Notes under the pieces: generated by a model
Databases searched by the model: none
What the model was told of the DNA's origin: nothing
The model's input: only the letters and a program-made list of their open reading frames with translations
In this document: positions 29,200 to 40,050 of the stretch, piece after piece
How the letters are laid out: every line of letters begins with the position of its first letter
How positions within the stretch are numbered: the first letter of the stretch is position 1
Translations under genes and position numbers: made by a program
Source of the DNA: an uncultured delta proteobacterium
Lineage (GTDB): Bacteria > Desulfobacterota > Binatia > UBA9968
Direction: 5' to 3'
Length of the DNA: 64,000 bases
Assembly (NCBI GenBank): GCA_963727625.1
Contig: CAVSHR010000008.1
Location: 345,944 to 409,943, forward strand

Positions 29200-30882
29200 A
29201 TGCGCAGCCATCTCAGAGAGCTTCTGAACCGGGCCGTTGAAAAGACGGCTAAAGGCGGAGAGCTGGATTCAGCACAGCTCCCGGCTTTGCTTCTTGAGCC
29301 GCCGAAGCAGCGCGAATTCGGCGACCTGGCGAGCAACATTGCCATGCTCTGGGCCAACAGCGCCAAGAAACCGCCTCGAGCGATCGCCGAAACGATTCTC
29401 AGGAACATCGAAGATCCACTGGGTATTCTCGCGCGCATGGAAATCGCCGGGCCGGGTTTTTTGAATTTTACTTTCTCGCCTCAATTCTACTATCAGCAGC
29501 TGCGCGAAATTAGCGCCGGCAAGGGCGCCGATCTCGATCTTGGCCACGGGCAAAAAGTGCAAGTGGAATTTGCCAGCGTTAACCCGACCGGACCGTTACA
29601 TGTCGGCCATGGGCGTGTGGCGGTGATCGGTGATGTGTTGGCCCGGCTGCACGAGGCGACCGGTTTTCAGGTTGAGCGCGAGTATTACGTCAACGACGCC
29701 GGCAATCAGATGGAGAACCTAGGACTGTCGCTCTATGCCCGCTACCGCGAAGCATTCGGCGAGACCGTCGAATTTCCCGAGGGCGGCTATCCGGGTGACT
29801 ACGTCAAAGAGATTGCCGCTCAGGTGAAGCAGAAATACGGCGAGAAGTTTTTGCACGAGGACAAAGCGGTCGCGGTAAAATTTTTTCGCCAATACGGCGG
29901 TGCTGCGTTGCTCGAAACGATCCGCGCGCAGCTAAAATCTTTCGGCATCGAGTTTGATTCGTTTTTCAGCGAAAAGGCGATGCGTGAGAGTGACGAAGTG
30001 GCGGCGTCGATGAACCTATTGCGCGCGCGCGATTTGCTTTACGCCCACGATGGCGCCGAGTGGTACCGATCGACGCAGTTCGGCGACGACAAAGACCGCG
30101 CGGTGATCAAGAGCGACGGCGAGTTGACCTACTTTGCCAGCGACATCGCCTACCATCGGAACAAATTCGAGCGCAAGTTCAACAAGCTCATTAACGTCTG
30201 GGGCGCCGACCACCATGGCTACGTGCCGCGCTTGAAGGCGGCGATGCAAGGTCTGGGTTACGATCCCGAACTTCTCAAGGTCGTTTTGGTGCAGATGGTC
30301 CAGCTGACGCGCGGCGGCGAACCGGTGCGGATGGGCAAACGGACCGGCGAATTCGTTTCCCTCGAAGAAATATTGGAAGAAGTCGGAAGCGACGCGGCAC
30401 GATTTTTCTTCTTGATGCGCAAATCGGACAGTCACCTCGACTTCGATTTGGAGCTGGCCAAAAAGCAGTCGAGTGAGAATCCGGTATTTTACGTGCAGTA
30501 TGCCCATGCGCGGGTATCGAGCATCTTCGAGCAGGCGAGCAAGAGCGGCCTAGCGCCGGGCGCGCGGGAATCGATTCCGGTGGAGCGTCTGGTGCTTTCA
30601 GAGGAGTTGGAGTTGATTCGCAAAATGATCCAGTTTAACGATGTGCTCGAGGATAGCGTCCGCGAGCTTGAACCCCATCGCATGGTTTTTTATCTGTTGG
30701 ATCTGGCCGGCGAATTCCATCGTTATTACAACCGCCACCGGGTGATTTCCGGGGACGCTGAATTGACCCAAGCGCGTTTGCTGCTGATCAAGAATATTCA
30801 AAAGACGGTTCGCCGCGGACTGGAAATTCTGGGCATCGAGGCGCCAGTGAGAATGGCCGCCCGCGCGGAAGTGGGCATCTAA
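29200..30882 (+). CDS. argS: arginyl-tRNA synthetase
   Basis: NPTGPLHVGH, YYVNDAG, NPVFYVQYAHAR. Confidence 0.98.
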   Translation: MRSHLRELLNRAVEKTAKGGELDSAQLPALLLEPPKQREFGDLASNIAMLWANSAKKPPRAIAETILRNIEDPLGILARMEIAGPGFLNFTFSPQFYYQQLREISAGKGADLDLGHGQKVQVEFASVNPTGPLHVGHGRVAVIGDVLARLHEATGFQVEREYYVNDAGNQMENLGLSLYARYREAFGETVEFPEGGYPGDYVKEIAAQVKQKYGEKFLHEDKAVAVKFFRQYGGAALLETIRAQLKSFGIEFDSFFSEKAMRESDEVAASMNLLRARDLLYAHDGAEWYRSTQFGDDKDRAVIKSDGELTYFASDIAYHRNKFERKFNKLINVWGADHHGYVPRLKAAMQGLGYDPELLKVVLVQMVQLTRGGEPVRMGKRTGEFVSLEEILEEVGSDAARFFFLMRKSDSHLDFDLELAKKQSSENPVFYVQYAHARVSSIFEQASKSGLAPGARESIPVERLVLSEELELIRKMIQFNDVLEDSVRELEPHRMVFYLLDLAGEFHRYYNRHRVISGDAELTQARLLLIKNIQKTVRRGLEILGIEAPVRMAARAEVGI

Positions 30883-30915
30883 AGCTTCGCGTTGCGGTAG
30901 CAAGAGGGAAAATTC

Positions 30916-31629
30916 ATGGCGGAAAATCGCAAAGGCAAAGAAAATCGCTTTTACTTCAGTCGCGGGCAGATGGTATTGCTCGGCGCAGGTTTTACGCTCG
31001 CTTCGGTCATCATATTCGTGCTGGGAATTTTTGTTGGGAAAGGTATCGAAGCAAGAAAGATGTTCAAGCCGGAGGAACCCCTGGTCAAGATTCCGATCCA
31101 ACCGGGAGCGCAGCAGTCAAGCAGCGCGTCGACTCCGGCACCTAAAGACGAAATTACCTTTAACGACACGCTGCCTAAATCCTCCGGTGCGGCTGCAGCG
31201 GCCGAGAAGAAACCGGGGGCTGGAAAGCCGGTAGAAAAAGTCGCTAGGGTCGAACCCAGGAAAAGTCTGCCTCTACCCAAGCCTGAAGCTCCCGCGCCGA
31301 AGGCAGCGGAAAAGAAAACCGAAAAGGCCGCACTGTCTGGGGAGACGGCTCGGAAGCCGGAAACCGGGGCGAACGGCGGGTCCAAGGAGCCGGGCAAGAC
31401 CTGGCGCGCGCAAGTGAATGCTTTTCCCGACGAGCGCTCGGCTAAGCTGGCAGTTGATCGACTCAAAATTAAAGGCTACAACGCCTATGTTACCGAGGTA
31501 CAGAACCGGGGAAAGACCTGGTATCGCGTTAACGTAGGTAAGTTCAGCACGCGCGATGAAGCCGACAAAATGGTAGAGTTACTGCGGGCCAAAGAGAATT
31601 TCCCGAAGGCTTTTGCCGCGTCCCGGTGA
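30916..31629 (+). CDS. SPOR domain cell-division protein (FtsN/DedD-like)
   Basis: N-terminal TM helix, Pro/Lys linker, C-terminal QVNAF...WYRVNVG; follows argS. Confidence 0.88.
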   Translation: MAENRKGKENRFYFSRGQMVLLGAGFTLASVIIFVLGIFVGKGIEARKMFKPEEPLVKIPIQPGAQQSSSASTPAPKDEITFNDTLPKSSGAAAAAEKKPGAGKPVEKVARVEPRKSLPLPKPEAPAPKAAEKKTEKAALSGETARKPETGANGGSKEPGKTWRAQVNAFPDERSAKLAVDRLKIKGYNAYVTEVQNRGKTWYRVNVGKFSTRDEADKMVELLRAKENFPKAFAASR

Positions 31630-31646
31630 GCCGGCGGAATTCCACA

Positions 31647-32663
31647 ATGAATATTCGCGAAGCGATCGAAAAAATGGTTAATCGCGCCGACCTTTCCGAG
31701 GCCGAAACCATCGACGTCATGAACCAAATCATGACCGGCGAAGCGACTCCGCTGCAGGTGGCGTCTTTTCTCACCGCTTTGCGCATGAAAGGGGAGACGG
31801 TCGAGGAAATAACCGGCGCGGCGCGGGTCATGCGCGAGAAGGCCCACCGTGTGGAAGTCGGCGCAAAAACCGTTCTCGATACCTGCGGCACAGGCGGCGA
31901 CCAGAAGGGCACGTTCAATATCTCGACGACGGCGGCGTTCGTTCTCGCGGGCGCCGGCGTGAATATCGCCAAGCATGGCAATCGCTCGGTGTCGAGCCAA
32001 TCCGGCAGCGCCGACGTGCTGGGCGCTCTAGGCGTCAAGGTCGACGCGCCGAAGGAGCGGGTTGAGCAATGCATCGCCAAGATCGGCATCGGTTTTTTAT
32101 TCGCGCCGCTGCTCCATGAGGCGATGAAATACGCCGTGCAGCCGCGCCGCGACATCGGCATCCGTACGATTTTCAATATCCTCGGTCCGCTGACCAATCC
32201 GGCGATGGCGACGCATCAGCTGATCGGCATTTACAGCGGCGATATGGTAGCGATGATCGCCCATGTGCTCAAGAATCTCGGCAGCGCGCGGGCCATGGTC
32301 GTGCATGGCGTGGAAGGGCTGGATGAAATTTCCCTGTGCGGTCCGACTCAAGTCGCCGAGCTGCGCGACGGCCAGGTGAAAGAGTACGTTATCGAGCCGG
32401 AGCAGTTCGCTTTCACGCGCTGCCGCCTGGAGGAATTGCATGGCGGCAACGCGGAACAAAGCGCCGCGATCGTGCGCGGCATCCTTGACGGCGAGCTAGG
32501 GCCCGCCCGTGACGTAGTCTTACTCAACAGCGCCGCGGCGCTCTACGTCAGCGGCAGCGCCGCGACGATTCAGGAGGGCATCCGGCTCGCCGCTCAATCC
32601 ATCGATTCGGGGAACGCGCGTCAAAAACTTGCACAGCTGGTCGAAATGACCAACGCCGCGTGA
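31647..32663 (+). CDS. trpD: anthranilate phosphoribosyltransferase
   Basis: [22 protein letters not shown]. Confidence 0.98.
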   Translation: MNIREAIEKMVNRADLSEAETIDVMNQIMTGEATPLQVASFLTALRMKGETVEEITGAARVMREKAHRVEVGAKTVLDTCGTGGDQKGTFNISTTAAFVLAGAGVNIAKHGNRSVSSQSGSADVLGALGVKVDAPKERVEQCIAKIGIGFLFAPLLHEAMKYAVQPRRDIGIRTIFNILGPLTNPAMATHQLIGIYSGDMVAMIAHVLKNLGSARAMVVHGVEGLDEISLCGPTQVAELRDGQVKEYVIEPEQFAFTRCRLEELHGGNAEQSAAIVRGILDGELGPARDVVLLNSAAALYVSGSAATIQEGIRLAAQSIDSGNARQKLAQLVEMTNAA

Positions 32664-32669
32664 TCGGGC

Positions 32670-33449
32670 ATGGCGGAAATTCTGGCCACCATCGCCGACC
32701 ATGTGCGCGAGGTCGTGGAGCGTCGCCGGCGCGAGGCGCCACTCGAGGCTCTGCGCGATCGGCCGCTGTTCAATCTGCCGACCCGGGGATTCGCTAGAAA
32801 TCTGGCAGGCGCCGAGCGGCGCATCATCGCCGAGGTCAAAAAAGCCTCGCCGTCCAAGGGACTCATTCGCGCTGATTTCGATCCGGTAACGATCGCCAAG
32901 GATTATGCCGCCCACGGCGCCGGGGCGATCTCGGTGTTGACCGAGGAGCGCTTTTTTCAGGGCAGCCTGCGCTACTTGGAAGAGATCCGCGCGGCGGTTG
33001 AGGTCCCGTTGCTGCGCAAGGATTTCACCCTCGATCCCTATCAGATCGTCGAAGCCAAGAGTTACGGCGCCGACGCGGTGCTGTTGATCGCGGCCATGCT
33101 CGACGCTCGGCGGATGGCCGGATTGCGCGCGCAGGCGAGCGAATTGAAATTGGATACATTGATCGAAGTCCATACGGAAGACGAATTGGCCGCTGCCGTT
33201 GAAGCGGGCGCGCAGATGATCGGCGTCAACAACCGCGATTTAAAAACTTTTCAGGTGAGCCTCGCAACGACCGAGCGGCTGGCGCCGCTGATTCCAGCCG
33301 GCACGGTGGCGGTGTGCGAAAGCGGAATTGACAGTCTCGATCAGATTCGCCGGGTCGAACAGTGGGGCATTCATGTTTTCCTGGTCGGCGAGTCGTTGAT
33401 GCGCGCGCCGGAGCCGGGAAAGAAGCTGGCGGAGTTATTCAAGGACTGA
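32670..33449 (+). CDS. trpC: indole-3-glycerol phosphate synthase
   Basis: IAEVKKASPSKG, LRKDF, GVNNRDL, ESGI. Confidence 0.98.
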   Translation: MAEILATIADHVREVVERRRREAPLEALRDRPLFNLPTRGFARNLAGAERRIIAEVKKASPSKGLIRADFDPVTIAKDYAAHGAGAISVLTEERFFQGSLRYLEEIRAAVEVPLLRKDFTLDPYQIVEAKSYGADAVLLIAAMLDARRMAGLRAQASELKLDTLIEVHTEDELAAAVEAGAQMIGVNNRDLKTFQVSLATTERLAPLIPAGTVAVCESGIDSLDQIRRVEQWGIHVFLVGESLMRAPEPGKKLAELFKD

Positions 33450-33462
33450 GCTATGGGTTTGT

Positions 33463-33506
33463 CGAAGGGGACAGTCCCCCTTCCGAAAGGGGGACTGTCC
33501 CCTTCG
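33463..33506. repeat. REP-like palindrome, copy 1
   Basis: Perfect 20-bp stem CGAAGGGGACAGTCCCCCTT / AAGGGGGACTGTCCCCTTCG, 4-nt loop. Confidence 0.9.
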
Positions 33507-33525
33507 TGGGTTTTGGCATTAACTT

Positions 33526-34140
33526 ATGGCTGTTAAAGTTAAGGTTTGCGGCATCACCAGTCTAATCGACGCGGAAACGGCGCTCGGGTTTGGCGCCGAC
33601 ATGCTCGGGTTTAATTTTTATTTGGCGAGCCCGCGCGTGATCGCGCCTGAAACAGCGGCGCAAATTATCGAGCGACTGCCTGCGAGCTCGTTCAACATTG
33701 CGCTGTTCGTCAACGAGAGCCGAGAAAAGGTTTTAGAGGTGATTGCCACAGGGAAGCAGGCTTACCGCGGCCTGCAATTTCACGGCGAAGAGAGCGCGGC
33801 TTATTGCGAAGGTTGGGGCATGAAAGTCATCAAGGCATTTCGCCTGAGGGAAAAAGCATCGCTGGCCGCGATAAGCGGCTTTCCCGCGGACTATTATTTG
33901 CTCGACTCCTGGTCGGCGGGCTATGGCGGATCAGGATCGCAATTTCCTTGGGAGTGGCTTGACGGGCTCGACACCGGCAAGCTTATTCTCTCCGGCGGGC
34001 TGCGGGTGGAGAACGTCGCCGAGGCGATCCGTCGGGTTCGCCCCTATGGCGTCGATGTGTGCAGCGGTGTGGAAGCGCGTCCAGGTGTCAAGGATCATGG
34101 AAAACTCAAAGAATTTATCGATGCTGCCAAAGGTGCCTGA
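33526..34140 (+). CDS. trpF: phosphoribosylanthranilate isomerase
   Basis: [27 protein letters not shown]. Confidence 0.97.
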   Translation: MAVKVKVCGITSLIDAETALGFGADMLGFNFYLASPRVIAPETAAQIIERLPASSFNIALFVNESREKVLEVIATGKQAYRGLQFHGEESAAYCEGWGMKVIKAFRLREKASLAAISGFPADYYLLDSWSAGYGGSGSQFPWEWLDGLDTGKLILSGGLRVENVAEAIRRVRPYGVDVCSGVEARPGVKDHGKLKEFIDAAKGA

Positions 34141-35317
34141 CCGGCGCGGCCACTTCGGCGCGTACGGCGGCCGCTACGTCGCCGAGACGCTGATGCCGGC
34201 GCTCACCGAGTTGGAAAAAGCTTACTCTAAGGCGCGGCGGGATCGCGCGTTTCGCAAGGAAATACAGTTTTATCTGCGCGAATACGTCGGCCGCGAGACG
34301 CCGCTTTACTTCGCCGAACGGCTCTCGGCCAAGCTCGGCGGCGCAAAAATTTATCTAAAGCGCGAAGATCTCTGTCACACGGGCGCGCATAAAATCAACA
34401 ACACCATCGGCCAAATCCTGCTGGCCAGGCGCATGGGTAAGCAGCGTATCATCGCCGAGACCGGGGCGGGACAGCATGGCGTGGCCACGGCGACGGTGGC
34501 GGCACGATTCGGTCTTGAGTGTGAGATCTTCATGGGCGAAGAAGACGTGCGGCGCCAGTCGCTGAACGTTTTTCGCATGAAGCTTCTCGGCGCCAAAGTC
34601 CGGGTCGTGGAAGCGGGCAGCCGTACGCTCAAAGATGCCATGAACGAGGCGCTGCGCGATTGGGTGACCAACGTGCGCAACACTTATTATTTAATCGGAT
34701 CGGTGGCCGGGCCGCATCCCTATCCGATGATGGTGCGCGACTTTCAATCGGTGATCGGCCGGGAAGCTCGCCGGCAGATTGTCAAAAAAGAACGCAGGCT
34801 GCCGGATTACCTGGTGGCCTGCGTCGGCGGCGGCAGTAATTCGATGGGCCTGTTTTTTCCCTTCGTGCGCGATCTCAAGGTGAAAATGCTCGGCGTGGAG
34901 GCCGCCGGATTGGGCTTGCGCAGCGGCAAGCATTCGGCGTCGATCCAGGGGGGTGCGGTGGGGGTGTTGCATGGCAGCAAAAGCTACGTGTTGCAGGACC
35001 GGCGCGGTCAAATTACCGAAACCCACTCCATCGCCGCGGGGCTCGACTATCCCGGCGTCGGCCCGGAGCTGAGCTACCTGCGCGACTGCGGCAGGGCGCA
35101 ATTCACCGCGGCCACCGATCGCGAAGCGATCGCCGCGATCAAGCTGCTCGCCGAAATTGAGGGAATTATCCCGGCGCTCGAAAGCGCGCATGCGATCGCT
35201 GCGGTGGCCAAGCTGGCGCCGCGCTTGAGCAAGCGCCAGATCATCATCGTCAACCTGTCGGGCCGGGGCGACAAGGACATGCTGACCGTCGGGGATTATC
35301 TGGGAGTGAAACTGTAA
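34121..35317 (+). CDS. trpB: tryptophan synthase beta chain
   Basis: [33 protein letters not shown]. Confidence 0.99.
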   Translation: MLPKVPDRRGHFGAYGGRYVAETLMPALTELEKAYSKARRDRAFRKEIQFYLREYVGRETPLYFAERLSAKLGGAKIYLKREDLCHTGAHKINNTIGQILLARRMGKQRIIAETGAGQHGVATATVAARFGLECEIFMGEEDVRRQSLNVFRMKLLGAKVRVVEAGSRTLKDAMNEALRDWVTNVRNTYYLIGSVAGPHPYPMMVRDFQSVIGREARRQIVKKERRLPDYLVACVGGGSNSMGLFFPFVRDLKVKMLGVEAAGLGLRSGKHSASIQGGAVGVLHGSKSYVLQDRRGQITETHSIAAGLDYPGVGPELSYLRDCGRAQFTAATDREAIAAIKLLAEIEGIIPALESAHAIAAVAKLAPRLSKRQIIIVNLSGRGDKDMLTVGDYLGVKL

Positions 35318-35321
35318 GAAG

Positions 35322-35430
35322 AGAGTCCAGAGTCGAGGGTTGAGAGCTGAAGTCTGTGTTTAGAATTTTCGGTGGCGCACACGCATTCGTATAACCTTAG
35401 ACCTTAGACCCTAGACACTAAACCTGAAAT
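35322..35430. repeat. degenerate inverted heptamer arrays between trpB and trpA
   Basis: Left GAGTCCA GAGTCGA GGGTTGA GAGCTGA; right TAGACCT TAGACCC TAGACAC TAAACCT (approximate reverse complements). Confidence 0.65.
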
Positions 35431-35434
35431 TGCC

Positions 35435-36256
35435 ATGAGCCGAATCGAAAAAACTTTTAGCGAATTAAAAAAGCGCGGTGAAGCGGCGCTAATTCCCTTT
35501 GTCACTGCGGGAGATCCCGATCTTCCAACCACGCTCAAGATCTTGCGCGCGCTCGACCAGGGCGGCGCCGACTGTATCGAGCTGGGCATCCCGTTTTCCG
35601 ATCCGACAGCGGATGGGCCGACCATCCAGCGCTCCTCCGAACGGGCGCTCAAGAAACCCGTTTCTCTGGCGGCTATTTTTCACTTGGTGCGCGAATTTCG
35701 CAGCGCTTCGCAAGTGCCGGTGGTGCTTTTCGGCTATTTCAATCCGATTTTCCGCTTTGGCCTGGAAAAGTTTGCCCGGCAAGCCGCCCAGGCAGGCGCC
35801 GACGGCGTGCTCTGCGTCGATCTGCCGCCGGAAGAGAGCGGCGAGCTCAAGCGTTGGACCGATGCCGCGGGCATGGATTTGATATTCCTATTGTCACCGA
35901 CCAGCGGCCCCGACCGCGTCCATCAGGTCGCGCGCCAGGGGCGCGGATTTATTTATTACGTGTCGGTCACCGGCGTGACCGGCGCGCGCCGCTCCTTCGA
36001 TGACGGCTTACGTTTCCAAGTGGAGCGCGTGCGCAAGGCTGCAGCGCTGCCCGTGGGTGTCGGTTTCGGTATTTCAACGCCCAAGCAGGCTGCCTGGATC
36101 GCCGGTTTTGCCGACGCCGCAGTGGTCGGCAGCGCGCTGGTCGAGCGGATTGAAAAGGCCAAGGGCAGCAATCAAAAGGCGAAGCAGGCGGGAAGATTTA
36201 TCGCGCAGCTCAAGCGGGCGATCAGGCGCGCGGCGCGAACCAAGCGCGCCTCTTGA
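35435..36256 (+). CDS. trpA: tryptophan synthase alpha chain
   Basis: ELGIPFSDPTADGPTIQ, SVTGVTG, GFGIS. Confidence 0.99.
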   Translation: MSRIEKTFSELKKRGEAALIPFVTAGDPDLPTTLKILRALDQGGADCIELGIPFSDPTADGPTIQRSSERALKKPVSLAAIFHLVREFRSASQVPVVLFGYFNPIFRFGLEKFARQAAQAGADGVLCVDLPPEESGELKRWTDAAGMDLIFLLSPTSGPDRVHQVARQGRGFIYYVSVTGVTGARRSFDDGLRFQVERVRKAAALPVGVGFGISTPKQAAWIAGFADAAVVGSALVERIEKAKGSNQKAKQAGRFIAQLKRAIRRAARTKRAS

Positions 36257-36275
36257 ACTCGGATGATGCGAGCTG

Positions 36276-36317
36276 GAAGGGGACAGTCCCCCTTCCGGAA
36301 AGGGGACTGTCCCCCTC
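36276..36317. repeat. REP-like palindrome, copy 2
   Basis: GAAGGGGACAGTCCCCCTTCCGGAAAGGGGACTGTCCCCCTC. Confidence 0.88.
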
Positions 36318-36338
36318 GGACTCCCCTCGGACTGCTCC

Positions 36339-37649
36339 ATGGAAAATTATCTCGCGACACTGCAAAATATTTACAACTTACAAGGCGGTATCATCGATCT
36401 GCGCCTGGATCGAATGAATCGCGCGCTGGCGCTTTTTGATCATCCAGAGGCCGCGTTCCCGTCGATTCATATTGCCGGCACCAACGGTAAGGGATCGACG
36501 GCGGCGATGCTGCATAGCATATTATCCAGCGCCGGCTACCGAACCGCGCTCTACACCTCCCCCCACCTGGTTTCTTTTACCGAACGCATGCGCGTCGACG
36601 ACTATGAAATTTCACCACAGGAGGTGCTGGACATCGCCGACGAGATCTGGCGGCGAACCGGCGCCGCCGAAGTGCAACTGACCTTTTTCGAGTTTGTCAC
36701 CATGATGGCTTTTATCTATCTCGCACGCCAGCATGTCGATATTGCCGTTGTCGAGGTCGGTCTGGGCGGCAGGCTCGATGCGACCAATGTCGTCACACCG
36801 CTGGTTTCGCTGATTACGACGATTTCCAAGGATCATGAGGCATACCTTGGGCCCGATGAGCTTTCGATCGCGCGCGAGAAAGGCGGCATTATCAAGCCGG
36901 GCGTGCCAGTGGTTTGCGGCAAGATTTCCTCAGAAGTTTCGCGCTTGCTTTTAGAAATCGCGGCGGAGCGGCAATCGCGGGCTTATTTGTTAGGTGCCGA
37001 TTTCAGTTTTTCCTTGAAAAATGACGGGCATTTCGACTATAGAGGTATAAAACAAAGTTTTCTTGATGTTACGGTGGCGCTTTGCGGCCGCCACCAGCGA
37101 GCCAACGCTTCGTTAGCCTTGGCGGCGCTGGAATTGGTTGAGAACCGTTTCCCGGTTCCTGAAAAAGCGCTGCGGGCCGGCTTGCAAAAGGTGCTCTGGC
37201 CGGGACGTCTGGAGGTTATGTCACAGCGGCCGACGGTTATCCTGGACGGTGCTCACAACCCTGAAGGGGTTCAAGTCCTTGTCGAGGAGCTGAACGGCAT
37301 TGGCCAGGGTCGGAAAATAAAGCTGCTGTTTGCGACCATGGCGGACAAAGAATGGGAAATCATGCTGCGTGCGCTGGCAAAAGTAGTGGATGAAATTGTT
37401 CTTACGAAGGTGGGCATGGAGCGCAGCGCCGATCCCGATCAATTGGCAACCAAGCTCGGCGAATCGCTTCCCCATCGCGTGCTCGACAACCCCCGAGTCG
37501 CACTGGGCACGCTATTAGATGAAGCGCAAGCCGAAGATGTCATCGTGGTGGCGGGGTCGCTTTATTTGCTGGGAGAAGTGCGTCCCATGCTGCAAGAGCT
37601 GGCAATGGCTAGAACGGACGAGAGCGGCACGGCGAATTCATCGATCTGA
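36339..37649 (+). CDS. folC: folylpolyglutamate synthase/dihydrofolate synthase
   Basis: AGTNGKGS, SPHL, EVGLGGRLDATN, WPGR, DGAHNP. Confidence 0.98.
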   Translation: MENYLATLQNIYNLQGGIIDLRLDRMNRALALFDHPEAAFPSIHIAGTNGKGSTAAMLHSILSSAGYRTALYTSPHLVSFTERMRVDDYEISPQEVLDIADEIWRRTGAAEVQLTFFEFVTMMAFIYLARQHVDIAVVEVGLGGRLDATNVVTPLVSLITTISKDHEAYLGPDELSIAREKGGIIKPGVPVVCGKISSEVSRLLLEIAAERQSRAYLLGADFSFSLKNDGHFDYRGIKQSFLDVTVALCGRHQRANASLALAALELVENRFPVPEKALRAGLQKVLWPGRLEVMSQRPTVILDGAHNPEGVQVLVEELNGIGQGRKIKLLFATMADKEWEIMLRALAKVVDEIVLTKVGMERSADPDQLATKLGESLPHRVLDNPRVALGTLLDEAQAEDVIVVAGSLYLLGEVRPMLQELAMARTDESGTANSSI

Positions 37650-37660
37650 AGCAAGCTAAA

Positions 37661-40021
37661 ATGAAATTCATCACAGGGTTTTTAACCGGCGCGCTTCTCG
37701 GCGCACTTTGCATTTTCGTTGCGCCCTCGGGTGCCGCTCAATCGACTGCCCGCGGGGCGCAGACTCAAGCCAGCGAGATCAATCTTGAAGCGGACAAACT
37801 CGAGACCGGAGACGGCTCCAGCCAGATCGAGGCCACGGGCAACGTGGTGATCAAGCGCGAAGCGACCACGTTGAAAGCCGACGAGGTCCGTTTCAATCGT
37901 GAGACTCAAGATATGGAGGCGAAGGGCAATGTCACCCTGGATGACCCCGAGTGGAAGGTCAAATCGGCGGATTCTATTCAGATGAACATGGAGAATGAGA
38001 CCGGCTTGATTCAAAACGGCGATCTTTTTCTCGAACAAGGGCATATCAGCATGTCCGGGCGGCGCTTCGAAAAATTTGGCGGCCAGACCTACCACGTGGA
38101 CGACGGCTTTTTCACCACTTGCTTATGTGAGTCGGGCCCGCCGTCGTGGAAGTTTTCCGCCGACCAAATAGACCTCACGCTCGACGGGTCCGGCACGATT
38201 AGGAGCGGCTATTTCTATATCATGGACGTGCCGGTTTTCTACCTGCCCTATGGCTATTTCCCCTTAAATACCGACCGGCAGACCGGCTTTCTCTTTCCCA
38301 AGATCGGCCACTCCTCGAAAGATGGCTTTCGCTATCTCCAACCGTTCTTTTGGGCGATCTCGAAGAGCACGGACGCTACGGTCCAATTCGACGTCGAGAC
38401 CCGCGCGCGCTTCGGCTTTCTCGGTGAATTCCGGACGCTGTTCGATCGCGAGTCGGATTTTCGGATCAATGGATCCTACTTCAACGAAGCCATGCGCACG
38501 GACCAAAACCGGGCGGTCGTCGACCGATCGATCGCCGACCAAAGAATTCCGCAAGATCGCTGGAGCGTGGTCGGTACCCATCGCTACACCACGTCGTCCG
38601 ACTGGCTGACCTTCAGCGACTATGCCGCGTACAGCGATGATCTGTTTACCCGTGAGTTGGCCGACCGTTTCGATGTGACGGGAGGACAAGAGACGGATTT
38701 GCGGCGCAGCCGCTTCGGCAGCTCGAGTTTCGGTCTGTTCAAAAACTGGGGCGACGCATTTTTTAAGGGTGAATGGAATTTTTATCAAGATTTCATCCAG
38801 CCCGATGCCGGCACGCTGCACCGCACCCCACAAATCGCTTTCTGGGGCCGCCGTTTGCTAACCGGTTTTCCCCTGGAATTCCGCTGGCGCGCGGAAGGCG
38901 TCAATTATCTCAGACGAGAGGGCGGCGACGGGCTCCGTTTCGATTTGCGACCTGAGTTGGTTCTCCCTTTTCGTCTGCCGCCGCACTTTTTCGGATCGTT
39001 GAGCGCGGCGCCGCGGGAGACGCTGTATCACGTTTATGCGCCGGTCAAATCTTCAGACCACAATCTCTCGCGCGAGCTGATCGAGCTGCGCGGCAATGTC
39101 GGCACCTCGTTTAGCCGGGTGTTCGGCTTCGATAGCTTGGGCATCAGCCGGGTCAAACATGTCATCGAGCCCGAGCTCAGTTATTTGTTCGTGCCCGGTG
39201 TCAACCAAAGCCGCATACCGATCATGGACGACGTCGATCGGGTCAACCGGCGCAATGTGTTGACGTTCGCTTTGAACAATCGGTTATGGGGAAAAACTTC
39301 CAGCGGTATCACGGCGCCGTCGGGTGACAGCAACGTCGAGCTGCTTAGCTCGGGCCTGATCGGCGACGTGCGCGAGATGGCGTCGCTTCGCCTCGCGCTG
39401 AGCTACGATATCGACAAAGAACGCAAAGGCGGCGACAGTCTGTCGGATCTCGACATGAATTTGCGGTTTGCGCCGCTGTCGTACCTCGACATCGCTTTTG
39501 ACGGCGGCATCAATCCCGGAGCCTGGCAGGTTAGCCAAGCCCGGATGGCTTTTAGCATTACCGACCCGCGGCCGATGTTGCGCCGGACGCTGGATCCCGA
39601 CTTCAACCGGCCCAACTCGCTCGGTTTCGCCTATCATTACCTGCGCCGCGGCCCGAACAGCTTTCTCGCCGACGACGCTAACATTGATATTGATGTCCCT
39701 GTGAATCCGACGACTTGCGTGCTCCATCCGCTCGATCCGCGCTGCCCCGGGACCGGCTTCGACCGCAACACCGTGGGCAACATCAACGCGAACTTGCTCT
39801 ACCATGTCCACGACAACGTGCTCTTCAATTTCAGCAGCACCTACGATGTGCGCGACAGCCGCTTCATCGGTTTTCGCGCTACCACCAAACTGCTTTCTTT
39901 TTGCGAGTGCTGGACGCTGACCTTTGCCGTCAAGCATGACGTGAACCCAGCCAAGACCAGCTTCGGGTTCGATTTCAGCTTGCTTGGATTAGGAAACACC
40001 AAGAGCAGCTTGAATAGGTAA
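37661..40021 (+). CDS. lptD: LPS assembly protein LptD
   Basis: Signal peptide, OstA-like N-terminus, FTTC, R.TGFLFP, KHVIEP, beta-barrel C-terminus. Confidence 0.9.
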   Translation: MKFITGFLTGALLGALCIFVAPSGAAQSTARGAQTQASEINLEADKLETGDGSSQIEATGNVVIKREATTLKADEVRFNRETQDMEAKGNVTLDDPEWKVKSADSIQMNMENETGLIQNGDLFLEQGHISMSGRRFEKFGGQTYHVDDGFFTTCLCESGPPSWKFSADQIDLTLDGSGTIRSGYFYIMDVPVFYLPYGYFPLNTDRQTGFLFPKIGHSSKDGFRYLQPFFWAISKSTDATVQFDVETRARFGFLGEFRTLFDRESDFRINGSYFNEAMRTDQNRAVVDRSIADQRIPQDRWSVVGTHRYTTSSDWLTFSDYAAYSDDLFTRELADRFDVTGGQETDLRRSRFGSSSFGLFKNWGDAFFKGEWNFYQDFIQPDAGTLHRTPQIAFWGRRLLTGFPLEFRWRAEGVNYLRREGGDGLRFDLRPELVLPFRLPPHFFGSLSAAPRETLYHVYAPVKSSDHNLSRELIELRGNVGTSFSRVFGFDSLGISRVKHVIEPELSYLFVPGVNQSRIPIMDDVDRVNRRNVLTFALNNRLWGKTSSGITAPSGDSNVELLSSGLIGDVREMASLRLALSYDIDKERKGGDSLSDLDMNLRFAPLSYLDIAFDGGINPGAWQVSQARMAFSITDPRPMLRRTLDPDFNRPNSLGFAYHYLRRGPNSFLADDANIDIDVPVNPTTCVLHPLDPRCPGTGFDRNTVGNINANLLYHVHDNVLFNFSSTYDVRDSRFIGFRATTKLLSFCECWTLTFAVKHDVNPAKTSFGFDFSLLGLGNTKSSLNR

Positions 40022-40050
40022 ATCTCCAACCCGCCGGCAGGGAGAATCTC

